NCBI GenBank assembly: GCA_031409275.1
Contig: JANNXA010000049.1
Span: 64,001-128,000 of the forward strand
Length of the DNA stretch: 64,000 nt
Reading direction: 5' to 3'
From: Planctomycetota bacterium
Lineage (GTDB): Bacteria; Planctomycetota; B15-G4; SIAN01
Positions 36,789 through 46,625 of this stretch are shown one piece after another. The position numbers were made by a program, and so were the translations under genes. The notes below the pieces were generated by a model. It did no database searches and was not told where the DNA came from. It saw only the letters and a list, made by a program, of their open reading frames with translations. Position 1 is the first letter of the stretch. Every line of letters starts with the position of its first letter.

Positions 36789-37534
36789 GCGCTGGCTGGA
36801 AGCCGTTTCGCAGCTGGACGCCGCTGATCGATCCGCGCACGCTGCCGCGCGGGCCGGTGGTGGTGGTGGCGCCGCATCCCGACGACGAAGTCATCGGCTG
36901 CGGCGGCGCGATCGCGTTCCATGTGGCGCGCGGCGACGCGGTGCATGTGGTCCAGGTCACCGGCGGCGAAGCGGGCGACCCCAAGCAGCGGCTGGGCGGC
37001 GACCTCGTGGCATTGCGGCTGCGCGAGGCGGCCGCCGCGGCCAAGCTGCTCGGCGTGACGTCGCTGCGCGGATTGTCGTTTCGCGACGGGACGCTGGCGC
37101 CGAACGCCGAACTCATCGACGCGTTGCAGACGCAGGTCGACCAGCTCTGTCCGACCCTCGTCTACGCACCGTCGCTGCTCGAATGCCATCCCGACCACCT
37201 GGCGACCGCGCTGGCGACCGGCCGCGCACTGGCACGCTCGCCGCTGCTGGTGCGGTGGCTTGGCTACGAAGTGAACCACCCGACGCTGGCGAGCTTCCTG
37301 CTCGACATCACGCCGTGGATCGACCTGAAACGCGAGGCGCTGGCCTGCTTCGCGAGCCAGCAGCGCTACAACGACCTGATCGGCAAGCGGCTCGGCCTCG
37401 CCTACGCGCGCACGATCAACATCGACCTGCGCGGCATCGAGTACGTCGAAGCCTTCTTCGAAGCGAAGCCCGCGCAGGTGGAGGAGCTCCACGCCGACCT
37501 CGCCGCTTTCCATGTCAAGTACGGACTGCCCTGA
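36785..37534 (+). CDS. PIG-L/LmbE family deacetylase
   Basis: APHPDDEVIGCGG, RLREA, HPDH, FASQ. Confidence 0.92.
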   Translation: MSAGWKPFRSWTPLIDPRTLPRGPVVVVAPHPDDEVIGCGGAIAFHVARGDAVHVVQVTGGEAGDPKQRLGGDLVALRLREAAAAAKLLGVTSLRGLSFRDGTLAPNAELIDALQTQVDQLCPTLVYAPSLLECHPDHLATALATGRALARSPLLVRWLGYEVNHPTLASFLLDITPWIDLKREALACFASQQRYNDLIGKRLGLAYARTINIDLRGIEYVEAFFEAKPAQVEELHADLAAFHVKYGLP

Positions 37535-38475
37535 TGCGCGCTCCCGTCAGCTGCGTGATCTCGAGCTTCAACAAGCGCGACCACGTGCTCGCCAACCTGC
37601 GCGCTCTGGCGCAACAGAGTTGCACGCCGGCCGAGGTGATCGTGGTCGACAACGCGTCGAGCGATGGCACGGCGGCGGCGGTGCGCGCGCAGTTCCCCGA
37701 CGTGACGCTGATCGAGATGCCGCACTCGCGCTTCGGCGCCTGCGAGACCTTCAACCTCGGCTTCAAGGCGGCGACGCAGGAGTTCGTGGCGATCCTCGAC
37801 GATGACGTCGTCCTGCCGCCGTCCTGGATCGAGCAGTTGCTGGCGCGTTTCGGCCGCGAGCCGGCGACCACGGCGTTGATCACGACGCTGGTGATCGAGC
37901 CCGACATGCCCGACGACTACCTCGCGCGCAAGGACGTCCGCGAGGAGCGCTACCTCTGCACGTTTCGCGGCTGCGGCAGCCTCGCGCGCCGCGCGGCGCT
38001 GGCGCAGGCGGGTTGGTACGACGAGCGCCTCTTCATCTACGGCAACGAGCGCGACCTCGCCACGCGACTGCTCGACCTCGGCCATCGGGTGCTGCTCTAC
38101 CCCGAGGTCGTGACCTTCCACGCCACGCCGTTTGGCCTGAAAGCGGGGAAGCGCAGCCTCTACTACCACGTGCGCAATTTCTGGATCTATGCCTTCAAGC
38201 ACTGCGCATGGAGCGACATCGTCAAGGTCGCGTGGCGTCTGGCCAGCAAGTCGCTGTTCGGCGCGAAGGGGAAGGCGACCACGACCGATCGCGACGCCGA
38301 TGCCGCCGCCGCCGAGGCGACTGGCACGATCGGCTTGAACGAGTCGCTGAAGCAGACGCCCGGCGGGCTTTGGATCGCGATCAAGGCGACGCTGAACGCG
38401 CTGCTCAACCTTCCCTATTGCCTCGCTCGCCGGCGCGTCTGCAAGGCGCCCGACTTCCGCCTGCCGGTCGGCTGA
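37534..38475 (+). CDS. Glycosyltransferase family 2
   Basis: VISSFN, VVDNASSDG, ILDDD, YDERLFIYGNERDL; TGATG coupling with the upstream gene. Confidence 0.9.
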   Translation: MRAPVSCVISSFNKRDHVLANLRALAQQSCTPAEVIVVDNASSDGTAAAVRAQFPDVTLIEMPHSRFGACETFNLGFKAATQEFVAILDDDVVLPPSWIEQLLARFGREPATTALITTLVIEPDMPDDYLARKDVREERYLCTFRGCGSLARRAALAQAGWYDERLFIYGNERDLATRLLDLGHRVLLYPEVVTFHATPFGLKAGKRSLYYHVRNFWIYAFKHCAWSDIVKVAWRLASKSLFGAKGKATTTDRDADAAAAEATGTIGLNESLKQTPGGLWIAIKATLNALLNLPYCLARRRVCKAPDFRLPVG

Positions 38476-38534
38476 ACTCGGCATCGGGCGCCGCGTCGCT
38501 GCCGTGAGAGGGCCGCGACGAACGGGCGCGGCTT

Positions 38535-40448
38535 GTGACGAAGCGGGCGCCGGCGGCCGGTGAGCTGCTCGGTGGCAATCGCGATGCTCGCCAGCGACGC
38601 ATCGCGATGACGCAGAACATGCAGGTCGGCGACTTCGACGGCGACGGCGCGCAGGACCTCGTGGCGCGCAGCGAGCGGGGCGGCGGCACGCTCCACCTGT
38701 TTCATGCCTCCGCTGGCGGTGGCGCGCTGGCGCCGTTCGCCGAACTCGCGAGTGGCGATCCCGATGACGCGATCGGCGGCGCAGGCGGGCGCGCGACCGT
38801 CGTCGCCGAACTGACTGGAGATGGCATCGATGATCTGGTGGCGATCGCGCCGACTTTCGATGGCGCTCGCGCGGCACAGGGCGCCGCGCTGCTCTTCGCC
38901 GGCGGCCCGAACCTGGTCGGGACGCCCGCGCCCACCGCCACGCTGCTGATCCCCGCCGCGTGCAACGGCGATCGGCTCGGCGATTCGCTTGACGAGGCGC
39001 CGCTCGCGCTTGGCGACGTGACGGGCGATGGAGTCGTCGACCTTGTGGTGCAGGCTCCCTGGTGCGATCGCGGGACGGTCCGCGACGTCGGGCGGCTGCT
39101 CCTCTTCGCCGGCGGCGCGAATCTCGTCGGCACGCCCGCGCCGTTCGCGGAACTCGACGCCGCGGCGAATGGCAGCGGCGCAGAGCTGCGGTTGCGCGAC
39201 CTGGTCGACCTCGATGGCGACGGCGCGCTCGATGTGATCGGCGCAAGCAGCTCCGGGAGCTCCGGCAGCCTCTTGATCTGGTACGGCGGATTCGGGCCCG
39301 GCGCGATCGGCACCCGCGACGCCGATGCGCGTTTGGTGCTGCAACCGGCGCAAAGCGGCGTCCTTGGGCCGAGCTGGTGCGTCGACCTCGATCGCGATGG
39401 TGCGCTCGACGTGATCGCAGCGGCGCCGGCCGCCGACTACAACGGCGCGGTCGACTGCGGTCTCCTCGCCTACTGGCTGAACGGCGCACTGCAGGGCGCC
39501 GCGCGACCGACGGGACTGCTTCGCCGCGCGACGCCGCGCGCGTTCGATCTCCTGGGCGATCAGGCGGCGAACCTCGCGCTGGTCGATGTGACGGGCGATG
39601 GCGCCGATGACGTCGTGCTGCTCTCCTCGTCGGTCGACGGTGGCGCGGTCGACAGCGGCTCGATCGACGTCTGGCACGCGCGCGCTGGCATCAGCGGCGA
39701 CCTGGCGCCGAGCGCGTCGCTGGAAGTGGCGGCGCCCAAGGCGGGCGAGGCGCTCGAACGCTGGCTCGCGCTCGACGTGACCGGCGACGGAGTTCGCGAC
39801 GTCGTCGCGACGGCGCCGTCGCAGTCGCGGGGGCCGCGTCCTGCCGTCGGAGCGCTGCATGTCTTCGCCGGTGGAGCGGCACTCACCGGCGGCACCACCG
39901 TTGCCCCGCTGGCGACGTTGCAGGATCCGCTGGCCGGCAGCGTCAGCGCGCTCGGTTCGACCGAGCTCGTCCCGACCGGCTGGCTGCCGATCGACTTCGA
40001 TGGCGATGGCGTGCTCGATCTGGTGGCGTCGCGGCGAATGGGGCTCGTCGGCGATGTGTTGGTCGGCTGGCGCGGCGGCGCGACCCTCTCCGGTACGCCG
40101 CCGCCGTACCTGCAGCTGCGCTCGCCGCAGCCCAACGACGGCTTCGGTCGCCCGCTGCAGGCCGACCTGGCGAGCTCGGCGGGCATCGCGCGCCTGCGGG
40201 TCGCGGACCTGACCGGCGACGGGGTCAGCGATCTGCTGGTGCCGGCGCCGGCGCGCGCGCTCGCGGGCGGTGCGAACGGCGCCGGAGCGCTCGACCTCGC
40301 CATGGCGGTCCCGCAGTGGGGCGATCGCGCGACCGGCGCGACGACCGGGGCGCTCGCCGTCGTGCGCGGACCACTTTCGGCCGCGATCTCGATTCCCGCA
40401 CTCCTCGTCGAGCCCGGACTGCTGAAGGGGGCGCAGCTCGGCCGGTGA
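38535..40448 (+). CDS. FG-GAP/integrin-alpha-like beta-propeller repeat protein (start uncertain, no signal peptide)
   Basis: About 9 repeats of D(V/L/F)(T/D)GDGxxD(L/V) followed by GAxxxFAGG. Confidence 0.75.
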   Translation: MTKRAPAAGELLGGNRDARQRRIAMTQNMQVGDFDGDGAQDLVARSERGGGTLHLFHASAGGGALAPFAELASGDPDDAIGGAGGRATVVAELTGDGIDDLVAIAPTFDGARAAQGAALLFAGGPNLVGTPAPTATLLIPAACNGDRLGDSLDEAPLALGDVTGDGVVDLVVQAPWCDRGTVRDVGRLLLFAGGANLVGTPAPFAELDAAANGSGAELRLRDLVDLDGDGALDVIGASSSGSSGSLLIWYGGFGPGAIGTRDADARLVLQPAQSGVLGPSWCVDLDRDGALDVIAAAPAADYNGAVDCGLLAYWLNGALQGAARPTGLLRRATPRAFDLLGDQAANLALVDVTGDGADDVVLLSSSVDGGAVDSGSIDVWHARAGISGDLAPSASLEVAAPKAGEALERWLALDVTGDGVRDVVATAPSQSRGPRPAVGALHVFAGGAALTGGTTVAPLATLQDPLAGSVSALGSTELVPTGWLPIDFDGDGVLDLVASRRMGLVGDVLVGWRGGATLSGTPPPYLQLRSPQPNDGFGRPLQADLASSAGIARLRVADLTGDGVSDLLVPAPARALAGGANGAGALDLAMAVPQWGDRATGATTGALAVVRGPLSAAISIPALLVEPGLLKGAQLGR

Positions 40449-40530
40449 GGCGCTCGCCGGGGAGCCCGCGGGAGAAGGCGCTCGATCGCGGAGCTTGCAT
40501 CGGCGGGCGGCGGCGGCCGATGATCGGGAA

Positions 40531-41595
40531 GTGCACGCACCGCCTGACGTCACCGCCACCATCTGCAACTGGAACGGCCGCGCCTATCTCGGCGACTGCG
40601 TGCGCGCCCTGCAGGCGCAGACGCGTCCGCCGCGGCGCATCGTCGTCTACGACAACGCGTCGACCGACGGCAGCGCCGCTTGGGTGCGCGACCACTGCCC
40701 CGGGGTCGACGTGGTCGACATGGGCAGCAACCTCGGGCCGGGCGAGCCGCGCAACCGCGGCCTGTTCGAGGCGACGAGCGAGTGGGTGGTGCAGGTCGAC
40801 GCCGACGCGATCCTCGCCCCCGACTGCCTCGAGCGGTTGCTGGCCGACGCGGAGGCGACCGGCGCCGCCGTCGTCATGCCGCGCGCGCTGTTCGACGGCG
40901 ACCGCCGTCGCGTGCACTACGACGGCGGTTCGTTCCACTACGTCGGCGTGATGACGCTGCGCAACTTCTTCGCGCCGCTGCCGCCACCGGAGCCCGCGCG
41001 CGACGTCGACGCGGTGATCTCGATGGCGTTGCTGATGCGGCGCGCGACGGTGGCGGCGATGGGCGGCTACGACGTCGGCTACTTCATCCTGTTCGAGGAT
41101 CACGATCTCTCGTACCGATTGCGCGCCCGCGGCGAGCGGCTGCGCCTCGTTCCCGACGCGCATGTCTTCCATCGCGAAGGGACGGCGGGGCTGTCGTACC
41201 GCGAAGGGCCGACCTATCCGCAGCGGCGCGCCTATCTCCACAGCCGCAACCGCTGGCGCCTGTTGCTGCGCAACCACTCGACGGCCGCGCTGCTGCTCGG
41301 CCTGCCGGGGATCCTCGCCTACGAGCTGATGTGGATCGCGTTCGCGACCGCGCGCGGGTTGCTCAAGCCCTATCTGCAAGGCAAGCGCGCCCTCATCGCC
41401 GAGCTGCCGGAACTGCGGCGGGCGCGACGCGAGTTGCAGCGCGCGCGCAAGGTGGGGGACGGCACGCTGCTGCGCGCCGAGAAGCTGACGCATGCCCCGA
41501 TGGTGCGCCGCGGCGTCGGCGCCCGCGTCGCCGAGACGCTGCTCGACGCCTTCCTGCGCAGTTGGTGGTTCCTGATGCGGCCGCTCCTGCCATGA
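40531..41595 (+). CDS. Glycosyltransferase family 2
   Basis: ICNWNG, YDNASTDGS, QVDAD, GGYDVGYFILFEDHDL. Start uncertain (GTG 40531 or TTG 40495). Confidence 0.88.
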   Translation: MHAPPDVTATICNWNGRAYLGDCVRALQAQTRPPRRIVVYDNASTDGSAAWVRDHCPGVDVVDMGSNLGPGEPRNRGLFEATSEWVVQVDADAILAPDCLERLLADAEATGAAVVMPRALFDGDRRRVHYDGGSFHYVGVMTLRNFFAPLPPPEPARDVDAVISMALLMRRATVAAMGGYDVGYFILFEDHDLSYRLRARGERLRLVPDAHVFHREGTAGLSYREGPTYPQRRAYLHSRNRWRLLLRNHSTAALLLGLPGILAYELMWIAFATARGLLKPYLQGKRALIAELPELRRARRELQRARKVGDGTLLRAEKLTHAPMVRRGVGARVAETLLDAFLRSWWFLMRPLLP

Positions 41596-42518
41596 GCGCA
41601 CCGCCGCTCGTTGCCGTGCTGGTGAACTACAACAGCGGGCCGGCGCTCGCCCGTTGCCTGGCGTCGCTGCGCGCCTCCGACTTCGGTGCGGCGCCGATCG
41701 TCGTCGTGGACAACGGTTCGCACGATGGCTCGGCGGCCGTCGTCGCCGCGTGGCCCGGCATCGAAGTGGTTCCGCTCGCGGTCAACGTCGGGTTCGCGGC
41801 AGGCGCCAACGTCGGGCTGCGCCGCGCGCTGGAACTTGGCGCGAGCGAGATCCTGCTGCAGAACCCCGACACCGAGGTGGCGGCGGACTTCCTCGTGCCG
41901 CTGCGCGCCGCACTTGCCGGCGGTGCCGCCGTGGCTGGCTCGAAGCTGCTGTCGCCGGGCACGCCACCGCGTCTGTGGAGCGCCGGCGGCGAGTTGACCT
42001 ACGGGCGCAACCTCGCCCGCCTCACGGGCCATCGCGAGATCGATCGCGGGCAGCACGATCACGCCACCGACGTCACCTTCCTGCCCGGCACCGTCTGGCT
42101 GCTGCGACGCGACGTGCTGGAGCAGGTCGGGATGCTCGACGAGACCTACTTCTGCTACGTCGAAGACGTCGACTACTGCGCGCGGGTGGCGGCGGCGGGG
42201 ATGCGACTGCGCTACGAGCCGCGCTCGCGCGTCGTCCACGAAGGTTCGGCGGCGAGCGGCGGCGGCTACACGCCGCTGCGCAAGTACCTCTCCGCGCGCA
42301 ACGCCTTCCCGTTCCTGCGTCGCCACGGGACGCCGTGGCGGTGGCTACGCTTCCTCGTCGGCGACGTGCTGACGTTGCCCTTCGCGTTCTGCTACGCGTG
42401 GTTGCGCGGGCGGCCGGGCGCGGCGCTGTGGAAGGCGCGCGGACTGTTCGATGGCTGGCGCGGCCGACCGTTTTCGGGCGCGCGGCGCGCTGCTCTGCTG
42501 CCAGGGGACCGTGCGTGA
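41592..42518 (+). CDS. Glycosyltransferase family 2
   Basis: VLVNYN, VVDNGSHDGS, NVGFAAGAN, QNPD, LDETYFCYVEDVDYC. Confidence 0.9.
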   Translation: MSAPPLVAVLVNYNSGPALARCLASLRASDFGAAPIVVVDNGSHDGSAAVVAAWPGIEVVPLAVNVGFAAGANVGLRRALELGASEILLQNPDTEVAADFLVPLRAALAGGAAVAGSKLLSPGTPPRLWSAGGELTYGRNLARLTGHREIDRGQHDHATDVTFLPGTVWLLRRDVLEQVGMLDETYFCYVEDVDYCARVAAAGMRLRYEPRSRVVHEGSAASGGGYTPLRKYLSARNAFPFLRRHGTPWRWLRFLVGDVLTLPFAFCYAWLRGRPGAALWKARGLFDGWRGRPFSGARRAALLPGDRA

Positions 42519-43891
42519 AGATCCTCCACGCGGTCCACTTCTTCCTGCCGCGCCACACGGGCGGAACCGAGGTCTACACGGCGCGCCTCGCGCGAGCGCA
42601 GGCGCGCCGCCACGACGTCGCGCTCTTCTACAGCGAGAAGGTCCACTCCCACCCCAACTACGACCTGCTGGCGCGCCGAGTCGAAGGACTCGATTGCCGC
42701 ATCGTGGTCAACAACCTGCTCTATCCCGACTTCCGCTCGACGTTCGACAATCCGGCGATCGAGCGGCGATTCGACGAGGTGCTCGCCGAACTCAAGCCCG
42801 ACGTCGTGCACGTGCAGCACCTGATGTTGTTGTCGATGGGGATCGTCGAGCGGGCCAAGCGCCACGGCGCGCGCGTCGTGGTGACGCTGCACGACTTCTG
42901 GCTTTGGTGCGCGCGGATGGGGCAGTTGCTCGACGCCAGCGGCGCGCTCTGCCCGGGTCCCGAGCCGCAGCGCTGCAGTCGCTGCCTCGCCGACTTCCCC
43001 TACACGCAGAAGCGCGGCGCCGAGCACGCCTTCAAAGGGATGGAACTCGTGCGCCGCATGTTCGGCGTCGACCTCTCTCCGCTCGTCGAGCAGGTGCGGG
43101 GCTGGCGGCCGCTCCTGCCGCGCAAGGCGGCTGCGCGCGTGGCGGGCACGCCGCTGCCGGTCGCGACGCTGGCGCTGCGCGAGCAGCGGTCGGCGCAGTT
43201 GTTGAAGAGCGTCGACCACGTCGTCTCGCCATCGCGGATGCTCTACGAGCGGACACTCGCGGCGGGCGTTCCTCCCGAGCGCGCCACCCATCTGCCGCAC
43301 GGAGTCGATCTCGCGCCGCTCGCGCCGCCGCGCCGTTACGCGCCCGCGGGCGTGACGCGCTTCGCCTTCCTCGGCACGCCGGCGCCGCACAAGGGCGTCC
43401 ACGTGCTGATCGACGCGTTTCGCGCGGCTGGGCTCGATCGCGCCGAGCTCACGATCTTCGGGTCGACTCGGACCGACCCGGGCTACTGCTCCGATCTGCG
43501 CCGTCGCGCGCAAGGGCTGCGCGTGCGGTTCGCGGGCGCGCTCAAGAACTCGCAGGTGCCGGCCGCGCTGGCCGAGGTCGACGCGCTGGTGGTGCCGTCG
43601 CTGTGGTTCGAGAACTGGCCGCTGGTGGTGCAGGAGGCGCGGCTGGCGCGGGTGCCGGTGATCGCAAGCCAGATCGGCGGTCTGGCCGAAGGGGTGCGGG
43701 ACGACGTCGACGGGCTCCATTTCCAGCCGGGCGACGCTGTCGGGCTCGCTGTCGCGTTGCGACGCGTCGCCGCCGATCCGGAGCTGCTCGTCCGTTTCGC
43801 TGCGGCGGCGACATTGCCGACCGCGATGGAGCGGCATGAAGAGGTGCTGGAGCGGATCTACCGTGGCGAGACGGGTGGGGGTGCCGCGTGA
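42515..43891 (+). CDS. Glycosyltransferase family 4 (Cys-rich insert)
   Basis: FLPRHTGGTE, PDVVHVQH, HDFWLWCAR, HKGVHVL, VPSLWFENWPLVVQEA. Confidence 0.92.
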   Translation: MKILHAVHFFLPRHTGGTEVYTARLARAQARRHDVALFYSEKVHSHPNYDLLARRVEGLDCRIVVNNLLYPDFRSTFDNPAIERRFDEVLAELKPDVVHVQHLMLLSMGIVERAKRHGARVVVTLHDFWLWCARMGQLLDASGALCPGPEPQRCSRCLADFPYTQKRGAEHAFKGMELVRRMFGVDLSPLVEQVRGWRPLLPRKAAARVAGTPLPVATLALREQRSAQLLKSVDHVVSPSRMLYERTLAAGVPPERATHLPHGVDLAPLAPPRRYAPAGVTRFAFLGTPAPHKGVHVLIDAFRAAGLDRAELTIFGSTRTDPGYCSDLRRRAQGLRVRFAGALKNSQVPAALAEVDALVVPSLWFENWPLVVQEARLARVPVIASQIGGLAEGVRDDVDGLHFQPGDAVGLAVALRRVAADPELLVRFAAAATLPTAMERHEEVLERIYRGETGGGAA

Positions 43892-45345
43892 AGATCCTGG
43901 TGGTCACCCACGCCTATCCGCCGGAAGGGTGCGGCGGCACCGAGCGCTACGCCGAGGCGACGGCGCGCGGCCTGCTGGCGCGCGGGCATGACGTCGTGGT
44001 CTTCAGCGGCAGCCTCGAATGGCGGCCCCGGTTCGAACTCGAGCGCCGCGTCGAGGGCCCGGTGGCGGTGGCGCGCGTCCATCGCAGCGACCTCTACTTC
44101 GACCATTGGGACAAGGTCGGCGATCCGCGCGTGGCCGAGCTGTTCGAGGCGGAGCTCGACGCGTTTCGACCCGACGTGGTCCACCTGCACCACTGGATCC
44201 GGTTGCGCCAGGATCTGGTGCGGCGCGCGGCGGCCCGCGCGATCCCCACCGTCGTCCACCTGCACGACCTCTACGTGACCTGCCCGCGCGTCTTCCGGCT
44301 GCGGCCGGGCGCGACGCCAGCGGAGGAAGAGCGCAACTGTGACGAGCCGCTTGGCCGCGCGGCGTGCCTGAGCTGCGTGCCGCGCTGGTCGTTCCAGCGC
44401 GACGATGAAATCGGGCTCGCGCTCGATCACTACGCGAGCGAGCTTTCGGCCGAGCTGGCGGCGGCGACCCGATGCCTCGCGCCGTCGGCCTCCCATGCGC
44501 GCCGGTTGCGGACGCGCGCGCCGTCGCCGTTTGCGCTCGACGTGCTGCCGCATCCGCGCCTCCCGGGAGGAGTGCAGGCGCCCTCGCCCCGCGCGCGCAG
44601 CCCGCAAGGAGAGCTGCGCGTGCTCTTCTTCGCGACGCTCGTGCCGATGAAAGGGGCGCACGTCGTGCTGGAAGCGATGCGACAACTGGGTCAGGACAAC
44701 GGCATTTCGCTCGACGTGCACGGCGCCTTCGCGACGCCCGCGTACGAGGCTCGACTGCGTGCGCTCGCGCAAGGGCAGCAGGTCCGGTTCCATGGCGGTT
44801 ACGTCGTCGACGAGCCGTGCCGCACGCCGGCCGATGTGGTGGTGGTGCCGTCGCTGGCGCCGGAGTCCTATTCGTTCTGGCTCGATGAAGCGGGCCGCAC
44901 CGGGTTGCCGATCGTGGCCGCGGCGAGCGGCGCGATTCCGGAGCGCGTCGCGGGGCAACCGGGTCGCAGCCGCGTGAAGCTCGTGGCGCCGGGCGATGTC
45001 GCTGCGCTCGCGTCGGCGTTGCGTGAACTGCGCGACGATCTGGCGGCGCGCGAGGCGTTGGCGGCGGGGAATGCGCCAGAGGGGATGGACCTCGAGGAGC
45101 ATCTGGCGGCGCTGGAGGCGTGCTACGCCGCGGCGCTGCAAGCGGGCGCGCCAGCGGTGGCGGCGCCGGCGGCGCCGGCGGCTCTGCGTCACGACTGGGA
45201 TCGCCGCGAGCTGCTCTTCCGCGAACTGCTCCGCAGCGACGGTTGGGAGGCGCTGCTGGCGCGCCAGCAGGCGGAGCTCGAAGCGCTGCGTCGCGAAAAG
45301 AGTGGAGCGCCCCCTGGCTCGCCGGCCGAAAGGGGGGGCACCTAG
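43888..45345 (+). CDS. Glycosyltransferase family 4 (Cys-rich insert, short helical tail)
   Basis: YPPEGCGGTE, PDVVHLHH, HDLYVTCPR, MKGAHVV, VPSLAPESYSFWLDEA. Confidence 0.9.
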   Translation: MKILVVTHAYPPEGCGGTERYAEATARGLLARGHDVVVFSGSLEWRPRFELERRVEGPVAVARVHRSDLYFDHWDKVGDPRVAELFEAELDAFRPDVVHLHHWIRLRQDLVRRAAARAIPTVVHLHDLYVTCPRVFRLRPGATPAEEERNCDEPLGRAACLSCVPRWSFQRDDEIGLALDHYASELSAELAAATRCLAPSASHARRLRTRAPSPFALDVLPHPRLPGGVQAPSPRARSPQGELRVLFFATLVPMKGAHVVLEAMRQLGQDNGISLDVHGAFATPAYEARLRALAQGQQVRFHGGYVVDEPCRTPADVVVVPSLAPESYSFWLDEAGRTGLPIVAAASGAIPERVAGQPGRSRVKLVAPGDVAALASALRELRDDLAAREALAAGNAPEGMDLEEHLAALEACYAAALQAGAPAVAAPAAPAALRHDWDRRELLFRELLRSDGWEALLARQQAELEALRREKSGAPPGSPAERGGT

Positions 45346-45349
45346 ACGC

Positions 45350-46624
45350 ATGCGCATCCTCCTCGTCACCGCAGGTTTCCTTCCGGACGGGCTCGGCGGC
45401 GTCGAGCTCGCGCTGGCCCGTTTCTGCAAGTGGGCGCAGCGCCAGGGCCATGAGGTGCTGGTCTATCGCCGTTTCGACGTCGAGGCGGAGCCCGACTACG
45501 CGCGCCATGAGGCGCTGGTCGACGGCATTCCGGTGGTCGGCATCAACTACCGGTTCCGCGATGCGACGACGTTCCAGCACCTGGTCGAGAACGCGGCGCA
45601 GAAGCAGGCCTTCGATGACGTCTGCGCCGGCTTCCGACCCGACGTCGTGCACGTGCATCACGTCACCTGCCTCACGACCGAGGTGGTCGAGGCGAGCCAG
45701 GCGCGCGGCGTGCCGGTGGTCTTCTCGCTGCACGACTACTGGATGGGCTGCCCGCGCGGACAACGGATCCGCGCGGACCTTTCGTATTGCCCGACCATCG
45801 AGCCGACGCGCTGCATCAGCTGCTATCGCGAGACCTGGCCCCACTGGTTCCAGAAGGAGCCCGATCGCACCTTCGACCATCGCGTGTTCGGCGACTATCA
45901 GGCGCGCATCCGCGAGACGCTCGAACGCGCCGATGCGCTGGTGGCGCCGTCGCCGTTCGCGCGGCGCGTCTTCGCGCGCGAGGGGATTCCCGCGGACCGC
46001 ATCGAGGTCATCGAGTACGGCATGGAGGTCGACGCCTACCGCGGCGTGGCCCGCGTCCCGGCCGCCCATTTCCGCGTCGGCTTCCTCGGCACGATCCTGC
46101 CGAGCAAAGGGGTCCATCTGCTGATCGACGCGTTCCAGCGCATCGGCGCCGCCGATCTGTCGCTCGACCTGCACGGACCGATCCTGCCGTTCCACCAGGA
46201 TCGCACCTATGGCGAGCGGCTCGCGCAGCAGGTGCGCGGCTGGGAGGATCAGATCACCTTCCACGGCGCCTATCGGCCCGAGCAGACGCCGGCGCTGCTC
46301 GCCGGCCTCGACGCGCTTGTGGTGCCGTCGATCTGGTATGAGACCTACTGCATGGTGATCCGCGAGGGGTTCCTCGCGGGAGTGCCCGTCATCGCGAGCA
46401 ATTTCGGCGCGATGGCGGAGTCGATCGAGGACGAAACGACAGGGCTCCTGTTCGGCATGGGCGACAGCGTCGACCTTGGCCGGAAGCTGGAGCGACTCGC
46501 GCGCGACCGCGAGCTTTGGCAGCGCCTCGCGACCAGCGCGAAGCGGGTCTCGACCACCGAGGAGAACGGCGCGTCGACGATCGCCGTCTACGAGAGGACA
46601 CTGCGTGGCCGCCGACGCGTCTGA
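45350..46624 (+). CDS. Glycosyltransferase family 4 (Cys-rich insert)
   Basis: FLPDGLGGVE, PDVVHVHH, HDYWMGCPR, SKGVHLL, VPSIWYETYCMVIREG. Confidence 0.92.
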   Translation: MRILLVTAGFLPDGLGGVELALARFCKWAQRQGHEVLVYRRFDVEAEPDYARHEALVDGIPVVGINYRFRDATTFQHLVENAAQKQAFDDVCAGFRPDVVHVHHVTCLTTEVVEASQARGVPVVFSLHDYWMGCPRGQRIRADLSYCPTIEPTRCISCYRETWPHWFQKEPDRTFDHRVFGDYQARIRETLERADALVAPSPFARRVFAREGIPADRIEVIEYGMEVDAYRGVARVPAAHFRVGFLGTILPSKGVHLLIDAFQRIGAADLSLDLHGPILPFHQDRTYGERLAQQVRGWEDQITFHGAYRPEQTPALLAGLDALVVPSIWYETYCMVIREGFLAGVPVIASNFGAMAESIEDETTGLLFGMGDSVDLGRKLERLARDRELWQRLATSAKRVSTTEENGASTIAVYERTLRGRRRV

Positions 46625-46625
46625 A

